A stretch of 52,083 nucleotides of DNA, the filler included, from Catajapyx aquilonaris (Eukaryota): NCBI GenBank assembly GCA_000934665.2. It is 3 parts of 3 records of this genome, joined end to end, with 100 filler letters (N's around TTAATTAATTAA, not from the genome) between each part and the next. Parts side by side here need not be neighbours in the genome. Positions count along the whole stretch, not along the records: positions 1 to 17,345 come from KZ539624.1; positions 17,446 to 34,709 come from KZ539625.1; 1 more part is not named here. One strand, 5' to 3'. Shown piece after piece: positions 13,535-23,962 of the stretch. The notes under the pieces are model-generated. The model was given only the letters and a program-made list of their open reading frames with translations, searched no databases and was not told where the DNA came from. Position numbers and translations under genes: made by a program. Every line of letters starts with the position of its first letter. Position 1 is the first letter of the stretch.

Positions 13535-14145
13535 CCCCATTGGGATTTACCATATCCTTTAGGGGGGTGGATTACCACCATCGGAAATTGGAGCCATATA
13601 AGATCTGATTTAATTACTCCAGGGTAGGTAGGAGGGGATGTGCAAAGTGCAAGTGCAATGATTCTAACGGTCATTTTGTGAACTCCCCCGGGTGGCTTAG
13701 TCTATCGGAAATTGCCACCCGAAATGAAGCCAGAGATGGCCCAACTCTGCACGGATAAAGGTGGGGACCCCGGGACCTTAATGTTAATATTAATAATAAT
13801 ATTAATAGCGTTACCGCTGCGCCACTTCACCTCCCCACTGAGGGGGATATTATTTTGAGAAGGCGCTTCGTTATTATCACACTATCGTCACTTTCCAGTA
13901 TGAGTCAGGATGCATGGAGTTACTGAATGATCGAGAAGGAGTCCGGTACATGCTATTGTCGGCCAATTTAATATAAGGTCCACATTGAATGTCATCCACT
14001 CCCAATCAATCGCTACCTGTAAACAGTGGCAACGACAGAAAGAACGCTAAGCACTCTCCACATGCCGATGTCCGAACACGCCCAGTTGCCAGGTAACGCC
14101 AAAGCCGTTGTTTACACTTGTTATATGCTATTATGCACGGTACTG
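13239..14145. mobile_element. Tc1/mariner-type MITE with ~140-bp TIRs
   Basis: TA|CAGTGCCATGCAC...GCACGGTACTG|TA; 13239-13378 pairs with 14006-14145. The empty site (ttgtacattatt) is visible in the paralog near 39150. Confidence 0.85.
13446..13836 (-). mobile_element. tRNA-derived SINE with (AAT)n tail
   Basis: Reverse-strand copy of the 12075 family. TSD CTGAGGGGGATATTATT at 13436 and 13838. The B-box region is disrupted. Confidence 0.85.
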
Positions 14146-14616
14146 TACATTATTTGATGTTTTCAAATGTTTTTTTGTTGTGTTTCATTAAAGTTTTCTT
14201 TGCTCCTTGGATTACCTGACCTTTTTTGTGTTCCGACCATGCGTCCCAGTCCCGTGAGTGATGGATAATCGGGGTTCTACTGTACTTGTGGGAATTATGT
14301 TTTAAAGGTTACATTTTGGCTACTTTTTCATGGCTTTTACTATTGTTACTATTTTTTTGTGTGTAAAAATGAGTGGCAGGCCTGACTGTGTGTTCCAATT
14401 GAAGTTTCCATAGCGGTTATCAATTAGTGGTAGGCCATACCAAGAGCTAATTAGCTCTTGGCCATACTAATATGATGACTGCTGACCAAACTTGGATATT
14501 TTACAGGGGTTAGCATTGGCAAGGTCTTTATTGGTGCAGAAGTGAACTCAATTTGAAACTCGTGATACATTGTTTATTGGTGCATGTTATGTATGTGCTT
14601 CTCTTGGTCCGCACAG

Positions 14617-14729
14617 GGTTTGACTACAAAACGTGCAGCATATTATTGGCGATAAATGAGCAGTCACCCGACATAGCTGCCGGAGTGCACCAGAACCGAA
14701 CTGAAGAAGAAATAGGTGCAGGGGATCAG
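14617..14729 (+). CDS. MAT: S-adenosylmethionine synthetase internal exon (equivalent to exon 4)
   Basis: Flanked by gcacag| and |gtgag. The 113 nt encode (G)[37 protein letters not shown], with QSPDI and the GAGDQ signature. Downstream exons were not seen before the linker. Confidence 0.95.
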
Positions 14730-15225
14730 GTGAGTTACTTAACTTGGTTTAGGATTGTACATTTGCTCAGTTCAAGCTGTAGGCAGTGAATTCACTTGTG
14801 CACAGTACAACTCAGCAGACTTGGGGCAAGTACAAATTGGGTGGAAAATAGTTCACAACTGTTGATCAGAATGTTGTCCCATGGGGATGGTCTGGCTCTG
14901 ATACCTCCCATCCATTTTTATCCCACTCACTTTCTGAACAGAATTTGCGAGTTTCTCTGGCTCAAATATGTCCATGGAAACAGGCTACCCCTAAATTCAT
15001 GTAATTTGAAGTGGTGGATAGTCATACAAGTCTGTATTGCATGAGCATATCTGTTTGGGGTACAAACTCTGGAGTTGTTGTGACACATTGGGCCAGGTCA
15101 TCTTGCAATAATCACCGTAAGAAAGATAGCTGGATTTAATTTAATACTCTTGTGAGGAGATGGATGTGTGGGAGCCTGCAAATTATGTCGGTGCATACGG
15201 CAGGTGGTGTTTACGTAAGTGTATA

Positions 15226-15474
15226 GAGGGGTGTGGGAGAAAAACATGATAACTGACAAATGAGTAATTTTTCCGGAGAGCGAATTGAAGTTTGAATTTG
15301 CTTAACAAATCATAGGGAATGCTGGTTTTGATCTAGTCCGTGTGGCCATCTCATGCATGATACATGAACTTGGAGTATACCAAACTGTTTGTCATGTCTT
15401 ATACATAGTTGCTAGGTGTTTAGGTAAAAAATGACAAAAATGTTAGTTATGATGTTTTTCCCCCACAGCCCTCA
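15226..15474. mobile_element. MITE with GAGGG...CCCTC termini
   Basis: GAGGGGTGTGGGAGAAAAACATGATAACT pairs with AGTTATGATGTTTTTCCCCCACAGCCCTC. Confidence 0.6.
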
Positions 15475-15483
15475 TATGTAACA

Positions 15484-16550
15484 CTAGCAGGTTACCCGGC
15501 TTTGCCCGGGTATGTTGGGGTGCTGGTAAAGATAGGGGTACATATCTGTGATAGATAGGCTACCTGCTTGTCTTATAGCGTACAGTCTACACGGATATTC
15601 TGATAGGATGTGTAAAAGGAGGAATGCGGATGGAGTTGGCCCAGGAAAAGACTGCACAGCCATGTGTTTTTTCCCCTGCATTTTTGACCCCCTTGACCCC
15701 CCCCCCCCCCCAACNCACTTCACACCCCCACCTCGTTCCATATGTTTGCTCTGAATAACTTTAGAAATGTACGTACAGATGGGAAATTTTGTTTTCAACA
15801 CGGAGTAATATTTTGCAAATACTGTATTATTTAATTGTATTTACTTTGTCTGGAAGTCTACTTTCAAATCCCACAAAATCCCGGAATTACCATAAGATAC
15901 GAAGTCACGTGAGGTGGCCAATTAGCGTAATTGGTGGTTGCGCTGAATTTACGGAGATGGTTTAATTTGCTAGGTATTGTGGCATAAGGGCATTTCCTAG
16001 GGGAGACAAAGTGGCGCTGCGGAAACGTCTGGTTCGATCCCAGCCCGGGGTTCCCTCCTTCATCCCGTGCAGAGTTGGGTCGTCTCTGGCTTCGTTTCCG
16101 GTGGAATCTCCTCAGACTAATCCACCCGGGGGAGTTCACAAAATATACCGTTTGAGAATTGCACTTGCACCTTGCACATCCCTTCCCAGTCACCCTGCCC
16201 GTGGGCCCGGGCGCTACGTCAAAAAGGTTCCATCAAGACGAAATAAAGGTTCCCTCCCTGCGGTACGATGCAGGGAGGTAAATAGCTAAAAAAAGAGAGG
16301 CATTTCCATGGGAATGCAAATTGATGTATTGTTATTGATGTAAGCTAATTGTTGAGGCAGGAATATACGTGTTGTGGGAGTTAGGTACATTTTCGGAAAC
16401 TGAAACATGCGGCGTTAGATTCCTTGGAAAAAGTAACCCCCGATATGCTAATTTAAGGCGGTGTAAGGCCCTTCCCCTGGATTTCTATAAGGGACAAACA
16501 TCCAAACTCACAAACTAACAATCAAGCTTCCTTATTTATAGATGTAGAGA
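15484..16550 (-). mobile_element. Non-autonomous Helitron-like element
   Basis: Minus-strand 3' end is the hairpin CCCGGGCAAAGCCGGG followed by CTAG|T; 5' end is TCTCTACATCTATAAATAAG. Carries a nested SINE. Confidence 0.65.
16000..16294 (+). mobile_element. tRNA-derived SINE (different 3' tail)
   Basis: Head with GGTTCGATCCC, shared core, 3' stem-loop CCCTCCCTGCGGTACGATGCAGGGAGG, TSD GGCATTTCC. Confidence 0.85.
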
Positions 16551-16666
16551 TTCGGTTGTGTGCATATAAGGGGTCTGAGATCAAAACCTTTTGGGGGATG
16601 TAACACAAATATATGTGCAGCAGTTATGTATTTTAATGTCATTGGGTATTAATTAATTAATTAATT

Positions 16667-16982
16667 GGAGAAGGCGAAGTGGCGCTGCGGTAATATATGC
16701 GCCCACGGATGGAAGGGTCCTGGGTTCGATACCAAGCCTGGGCATTCCCCCCTTTCATCTCGTGCGGAGTTCGGGGTCATCTCCAGCTTCGTCTAGGATG
16801 GGATTTCCGATAGATGAACCACCCGGGGGAGCTCACAAAATGACCATAGTGCCGACATTGCACATCCCCTCCCAGTCACCCTGCCCTCGGACCACCTGGG
16901 GCTCTTCCTTGTCCAAATTCATGTACACCTTGGCAAATAAAGGTCTGTGTCAAAACCTCAGCTGAGGTACGGCACTATACTC

Positions 16983-16983
<1 letters not shown>
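16667..16983 (+). mobile_element. tRNA-derived SINE (third tail type)
   Basis: A and B boxes (GTGGCGCTGCGG, GGTTCGATACC), shared core, tail AATAAAGGTC...CCTCAGCTGAGG followed by (ATT)n. Confidence 0.8.
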
Positions 16984-17047
<64 letters not shown>

Positions 17048-17168
17048 TTCTTCTTCTTCTTCTTATTTCTTATTTCTTATTTCTTATTTATTTATTTCTT
17101 ATATATATATTTATTTCTTATTATATTTATTTCTTATTATATTTATTTATTTATTTATTTTATTTATT
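16984..17168. repeat. Compound microsatellite (ATT)n/(CTT)n/(ATTT)n
   Basis: Direct observation; lies between two tail-to-tail retroposon 3' ends. Confidence 0.9.
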
Positions 17169-17345
17169 AGGGTAGTGCGGACCTCCCAACTGAGGAGGTA
17201 TTGCGCGGACCTTTATTATTCTTTTTTAGACCTCTGTACAATGTGTACATACAGGGTGTTTATTGTAACTCTGCAAAGACTTTCAGGGGTAATAGAGGGG
17301 ACCAAGACAAGTATTTTTGACATAGGAACCTGTGTCCGGAAACGC

Positions 17346-17445
17346 NNNNNNNNNNNNNNNNNNNNNNNNNNNNNNNNNNNNNNNNNNNNTTAATTAATTA
17401 ANNNNNNNNNNNNNNNNNNNNNNNNNNNNNNNNNNNNNNNNNNNN
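17346..17445. other. Artificial contig linker
   Basis: 44 N + TTAATTAATTAA (stop codons in all six frames) + 44 N. Confidence 0.97.
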
Positions 17446-17734
17446 ACTTCCGTTGCTCGGATGGCATTTTAAACAGCGTCATCGTATTCAGCGGGTCTGA
17501 TTCATGCGAAATCGACACCAAGATCACGCATGAGCGATTTTTTAATAATTTTGCACATTTTTTGGGCGGAAAATTCTTCCCCCTCCCACCCCACCCCCAA
17601 TTTCGCGAGTCCTAAGGGAGGAAATGAAAGGAACTACGGGCCAAATCAACCAAATGGGTCTAAGGAACAAGTGTGCAAAGTTGTTTGCTTTTATCACAAA
17701 ATGCAGTTTTTTTTGGCGTACCGCGGGCACTAAT

Positions 17735-17767
17735 CTGAATCACTCTATTTGATCCCATCCTGAACAT
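17735..17767 (-). pseudogene. 5' stub of a third gustatory receptor gene, interrupted after about 11 codons
   Basis: Encodes MFRMGSNRVIQ, matching the starts of both neighbouring GRs. The upstream region 17768-18400 closely matches 23963-24600. Homology stops abruptly at an unrelated repeat-like sequence beginning TAGTGCCCGCGG on the minus strand. Confidence 0.75.
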
Positions 17768-19492
17768 GACTTCTTGACCGGTACACTGCGGTGCATCTGC
17801 CACGTAATTTTCAGAAAGTAATCATTACGGCCCATACGTACTTTTGTGCGCAGATGATGAATTTGATCACCACACACTGTCCACAATATAATCGTTGTCG
17901 AGAGGTTGCTGTCCCATTGCGACAGGAAGGTCATAAAATTATAACCTGGGTGATGGATTTATTGGTGGAGAGAGACCACTCCCTGACCTTGACCTGATCT
18001 GTTTCCACCCAAACTAAACAATTCGTAATTTTAAAAAATAGCATTGCTCATTACCATCGACTTTCCTTTGCGAGTGTCACCTTTCATGCTTCTTTGATGT
18101 CATTTATGATATGGCCAGGACACAATTTCAAGAAAGTTTTCATTTTAATCATCTTAATTACCGTATATGACATGTTTTTCATTAATTTGTTCGTCTTAAA
18201 GAAAAGTGGTATTTTTCATCCTAATATAGCCCAAGTAGGTCTGTGATAATTAATCATGGTGTGTAATTAATTTGCGTTACAACTTTGGAGAGTAGGGCTT
18301 CTTAAAAAATAATAAGTAGAACTTTTTTCATCACAAATTTTATTATGCGAAGGAAAACAGCAATTAACACAGGAACATTATGGTAATAAATGAAACGTAT
18401 GATGTCAGCCCCTGACTAATCACTGTTCTACAAAAAAATTCAATTTTCATTTTTTCTGAAGGTGGGTAGTGATTCTTATTTAAATTTTCGGGCTGAGTCC
18501 GCATCTCTGCTCAGTACTTTTCTGTCTGGCACAGTTTTTGAAATACAGTACATCGTTTTAAAATTCGTACCGGTTTACTAGGGGTATTTACGAATCAAGT
18601 GAACCTGAATGGTGTTTGACCCCATCGGATTAGCTTAAAATAAACACAGCTGTACACACCTATACCATAATGCGGCATTTCAAGTTTCATCTATATTTCA
18701 CAACTAGCGCACCAGTAGCCAAAATATATTTGGCAAAACCTGCAATGAGGAAGACAATGGTAATGAAAAAATTGAATGAGAAGGCTCGCGGAGTGACAAC
18801 TAAGATATATAGTATAGCTGGTCGAAAGACGGGGTTGAGATATTGAGTGGCATTGACTCAGTGGACATACTGTAGCAGGGGTTGTTTATACCAAAACGCG
18901 CATTATTAGAACAGGCGGCCTCGGAGGTCAATTCCAATATGCTTAAAACCTTCCCAGTAAAAAACTACCCCTAATGATACCCCTGGGGCATGTGTCGAGG
19001 CCTCTGTATGGATTTCCATAGCGGATCCCAGGAAGGACAGAGAGAGAGAGAGACAGATAGACGTCGATAAATATGTATTAGATAGTGGTCGTATCCATGG
19101 AAACTCAATCTCAATATTTTAATTGGTGACTATGAAACATGCCCAACCAACCATTCAAATTGTGGCCTGGCCAGCCCATAAATTGTATCTGTGAAGCAAA
19201 AAAGGTCACACTCGCAAAGGATAGTGGATGGCAATGACGATCAATGTTATTATTATTTTAAATGACGGAGTGTTTAGTTAGGGTGGAAACAGGACAGGGC
19301 AAAGTCAGGGAGTGGCCTCTCTCCACCAATTAATCCATCTCGAGATCATAATTTGCGACATTCCTGTCGCCATGTGACAGCATATCGACAACGATTATAT
19401 TGTGGACAATGTGTGGTCATCGATTTCATCAACTGCGTACCAATAATGATTACGTGGCAGTTGCACCATTGTAGTTGAGCGGTTAAGAAGTC

Positions 19493-21187
19493 ATGTTGAG
19501 GGTAGGATCAAATAGAGTGATTCAGATGGAGGAAGGGAAGGTGCCAGAAGATGATGCAAAGAAGGACAATGCATTTTGGGAAGTGTTGAGACCAGTGGCC
19601 ATCTTGGCAGTGTTCGGAGGAATCGCTCCTTTTCCGTGGCCCAAGAATGAAGAGGACTTAAGGAGGAACAAGTGGTACAGGCGGTGGCCAACAATGATTC
19701 ATTTTGCACTATTCGCAGCATATATCGCCATATTTGTCTGTGATCCGCCAATAGTATGGTCGGGACAATTGGAAAGTCCAACGCAAAGAGTCTCGTTTTC
19801 AATAGCCGAATCGGTTTTGATAGTTGGTCCTTGGATTAACTTCATTATGATCCAAAAGAGAGTGCCTGCCATCTGGAAGTTGATTCATCGCTTTTCACAT
19901 CAGAACATGGAAAGTCAGAAGAAGAAACTTCGAATTTATGCAATCCTACTGGTGATATATTGTGTGTCCCTTCCCCCATTATTTGAGGCTGACGTGATTG
20001 TCAAGCTCGCTCAGGAGACAAGATCACTTACAGAAATAATTCACAGTCTTTTCAATATGCATTGCATCTACTTGCTCGTCGTGATTCTCATTCAGCTGAC
20101 ATTTCTGGTGCTCGTTCACCTGTCGCGCCTCGAGGATTTCAACAATGAAGTGATCAGTATGTGTCGTTTACTCTGCACGTCAAGTGAAGAGGCGCAAAAT
20201 GATGTGAACATGATCCGGAACATGAGACAATCAGCTGATCTGTATCACGAACTGGGTCTCCTGGTGGACATGATGGACGACACATACGGGATATTCATCA
20301 TGACTACCTTTCTCGCCTCTATTGTATGGAGCACAATCCTCCTTTTTTGTTTGTTTGTGATTTTCACGGGACCGCCCATTTCAACTGGAATGGGACTTGT
20401 TGCCGGCATTTCATGGGCATCTTCCCTGGTTGCATTCTCCAGTATCCTGGGATCCATTCAAAAGCAGGTAGAGAGTGTTACTGACAATAATAAAGTCACA
20501 GCAAAAGGCATTCCCATCTGATTGTTCAATTGGCTGTTACGCAATACAACTTCAGCCATAGCCATTCCGTATGCTCACAAAATAGCTAAAATTAACTGAC
20601 AAAATCCAATGTTGTTGTCCTGTTTAAAGTGCTTATTGTCAACCTGATTACACTCTTATAGTAAACGTTACTAATGTAAATAATTGTAGTAAAATATTGG
20701 TTTTCCAGAGCAACAGATCACTTCCCCACCTGATAAAAGCGAACCGTGAAGTGACCCATCCACGCATCAAATCAGATGTAAGTGTGTTTGTTAATATTAT
20801 ACCCTGCACATATTTGACACTTTTTCCACCTTGCATGCAGCACCATCACAAAATCATGCGTGATAATTCCATAAAATATAGGTTATTATATTTGTTTCAG
20901 ATTGAATCACTAATCTGGAAGATGATAGGTCCACCCATGGAAATAACTGCTGCCAGTTACTTCACGGTCAATCGTGCCCTTCTGACCTCCGTGAGTTGTT
21001 CTGTGAAACTAGTCGTAACTACACATGTTGTAACGATCTAATCATTACTGTGTATCATTTGAAGGTGGCGGGTGCTGTGACGACGTACCTGATAGTCCTG
21101 GCTCAGTTCAAAGCAGCAGAAAAGGTGGAAGATGTCTCGACAACAATGGCGAACACAACAGACGCACAGATAGGCCTACCTCCGTGA
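19493..21187 (+). CDS. Gustatory receptor (7TM GR family), intact, 418 aa
   Basis: Exons 19493-20467, 20709-20777, 20901-20990 and 21065-21187, with three phase-0 GT-AG introns near the 3' end. Multiple hydrophobic helices and the C-terminal motifs ITAASYFTVNRALLTS and TTYLIVLAQF. Confidence 0.93.
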
Positions 21188-22238
21188 TGGTGACAACACG
21201 GAAAAACTAATGTGTACCTGCGTTCAATATTATTTTATTAACGCGATGCACCGTACTTGGCTAATATTCACACGTTAAGAACCGTTGCAACAACAGTAAC
21301 ATGTTCTATGGGCAACTTTGACCCAACAAATTCAAAGGGCAAATTCAAAGGGCAACATTGCACCAGGAAGTATTTTGAAATGGAAAAATGCTGGTGGTGC
21401 AAAGTTGGATGGATGAGGGGGCAACTTTGCACCATGTGGTTTGCTTGGTAATGTAAATGTTTGCATGTGACGACATTAAAATATATTTGAGTGTAAGTGG
21501 GAAATGTCCTGAATATGATCAGCAATGAGGGATAGTGACTCATCAAAAAAAGTTCACATAAAAATTGCGGGTTTAATGCTATCGTAGTTTACACAAATGA
21601 GTACCACTTTGTATAATTATTTTTGATGATGACTGTCAAAATTAAATTTAATGCGACCAATGTGTTGGCTTTGTAAGTTAATGGAGTTATTACATTGTAC
21701 ATTTTAAACTTGGTGCACTATTTGTGTTCACAGAATGTGCAGAAGAATGACTTTCTGGAAGAATAAATTGTCGTTTGGCCATTTAAAGATGTCTCTTCTT
21801 AAAATGGTATCGAGAGATCCACCTAGCTATGAAGCGGTAAGTATTTTTGCGTCTCAGTTTCGTTGGTTGTGTTCTGAGCCAATAATATTCGACGAAGTAC
21901 TGGGTGACAGCATCCTTCCACATCTGAGGGTAGTCATCCTGCAGGACTCCCAAATGAGAAGGTTCGGTCGTGGTCTGGGGACAGTCATCACACTCGTCTG
22001 ACCTTCCAGACGAGATGACCTCTTGAGATTCCTCTGGAAGAAAAATATTTAATGAGTGATGATAATGTAAGTTATTTATAGTGAGATCAACTCGAGAAAC
22101 TTGACGTCAACCTGGACATCACAAGTGACCAATATTTAATGAATGCTCTGGTGTCTGGTCATTAGCCTATAATAATTATACTGTGCATTATGTCAAATTT
22201 GCTAACAAATCAGTGAGAAGGTGCTGTACCTAAATGTT

Positions 22239-23962
22239 TTAAGGAGTCATCCATGCGTTGGTTGTGTTGGCTGCACCAGTCGGGAAATGTTCTCCAATTC
22301 TGAACTGAGCCAGGACTATCAGGTACGTGGTTACAGCACCGACCACCTTCAAATGACAAACAGTAACGTTTATACACAGTTATATAATAATATGTAGTTA
22401 CGAATAGTTTCACAGAAGCACAACTCACGGAGGTCAACAGGCCACGATTGACCGTGAAGTAACTGGCAGCAGTTATTTCTATGGGAGGACCTAACATCTT
22501 CCAAATTAGTGACTCAATCTGAAACAAAGTGATCACCCGCTATATTTTATGGAAATACTGTATAATTATCGCGACTTATTTTGTGATGGTGCTGCATACA
22601 GAGTGTAGGCTGTAAAACCTATGCAAAATATAGTATCAACAAACAGACTTACATATGCCTTGATGCGTGGATTGGTCACTTCGCTATTCGCTTTTATCAG
22701 GTAGGGAAGTGATCTGGTGCTCTGAAAATTAAATGAGTTTTCCGTATTTAATGCAAGTCATATTTACTCCACGTGCAATCAAGTTCACCGGAAGCCATTT
22801 AAAGATGACAACAGCATTGCATTTGTCACTAATTTTAGCAATTTGAGCATCATATAATTATTGCCTCGTTGCACTCTGTAGACAGATAATTAAACAATGA
22901 GATAACAATGCATTTTTCTGCGTTACGGCTGTGATCGGATCAGGTGTCTTTACTATTGCAAGCATCACTTTATACCTGTCGTTGAATGGATCCCAGGATA
23001 CTGGAGAAGGCAGCCAGGGAAGATGCCCATGCAATGACGGCAACCAGCTCAAACCCAATAAATATGGGCTGCTCCGCTGACAACATAAGCAAATAAAAGA
23101 GGTCGACTGTGCTCCACGTCACAAAAATTAGAAAGGTCGTCATGATGAATATTCCATAGATGCTGTCCATCATGTCCACCAGGAGACCAAGCTCGTGAAA
23201 CAAACCAGAGAAATGCCTCATGTTCCGGATCATGTTCACATCATTCTGCACCTCTTCTGTTGACGTGCAGAGTGAATGGCACACTGTGATCACTTCATCG
23301 TTGAAATCCTCGAGGCGAGACAGGAGAAAGAACACCAAAAATGTCAGCTGAATGGGAATCACTGCCAGCAGGAATGAGCAGTGCCAATACAAAAAGATGT
23401 TGCTTAATCTTGTGGTATCCAATTGTCCCGGTTTCCAAATTATACTGGCAGTCATCCCCTCCTGAAGTAATACGGGAAGAGAAACGCAAGTGATCACCAG
23501 CAGGATTGCATACTTTCGCAGCTTCGTCATCTTCTGACATTTCATGTTCTGCTGTGAAAAGCGTATAATCAACTTCCAGATGGCAGGCACTCTCTTTTGG
23601 ATCACAATGTAGTTAATCAATGTACCTATAATCAAAGCCGATTCGTATATTGCCAGCGAAACTCGATGCGTTGGTGTTTTCCATATTCCCCCAGCAGTCC
23701 AGTTCAGTGGTGGCTTGCAAGCAAGTAGATCAATGTACATGGAAAGTATTGAAAAATGAACCATTGTTGGCCACCGTCTGTACCACTTTCCTCTCAAGTC
23801 TTCCTCTTTTTTGGGTCATGGAAAAGGAGCGATTCCTCCAACGACTGACAAGATGGCCACTGGTCTCAACACTTCCCAAAATGCTTCTTCACTCTTTGAA
23901 TCGTCTTCTGGCTCCTTCCCTTCCTCCAACTGAATCACTCTATTTGATCCTGTCCTGAACAT
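22239..23962 (-). pseudogene. Gustatory receptor paralog with a single premature stop (W49->UGA); 417 aa if read through
   Basis: Exons 23962-22976, 22721-22653, 22518-22429 and 22346-22239. All splice sites and frames are intact and TTYLIVLAQF is present. In-frame TGA at 23818-23816 where the paralog has TGG. Confidence 0.85.

Larger units (their letters stand above)
12727..14282. mobile_element. pogo/Tigger-type MITE hosting three nested insertions
   Basis: TA|CAGTAGAACCCCGATTATCC...GGATAATCGGGGTTCTACTG|TA. An uninterrupted relative lies at about 38942-39273. Confidence 0.85.

Noticed and set aside
12776..13674. Poly-Tyr/Leu/Ile/Asn ORFs in the ORF track (also 16947-17393)
   Set aside because: They are translations of (ATT)n microsatellite tails.
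16649..16666. TTAATTAATTAATTAATT resembling the linker core
   Set aside because: It has no flanking Ns and looks like a natural (TTAA)n repeat.
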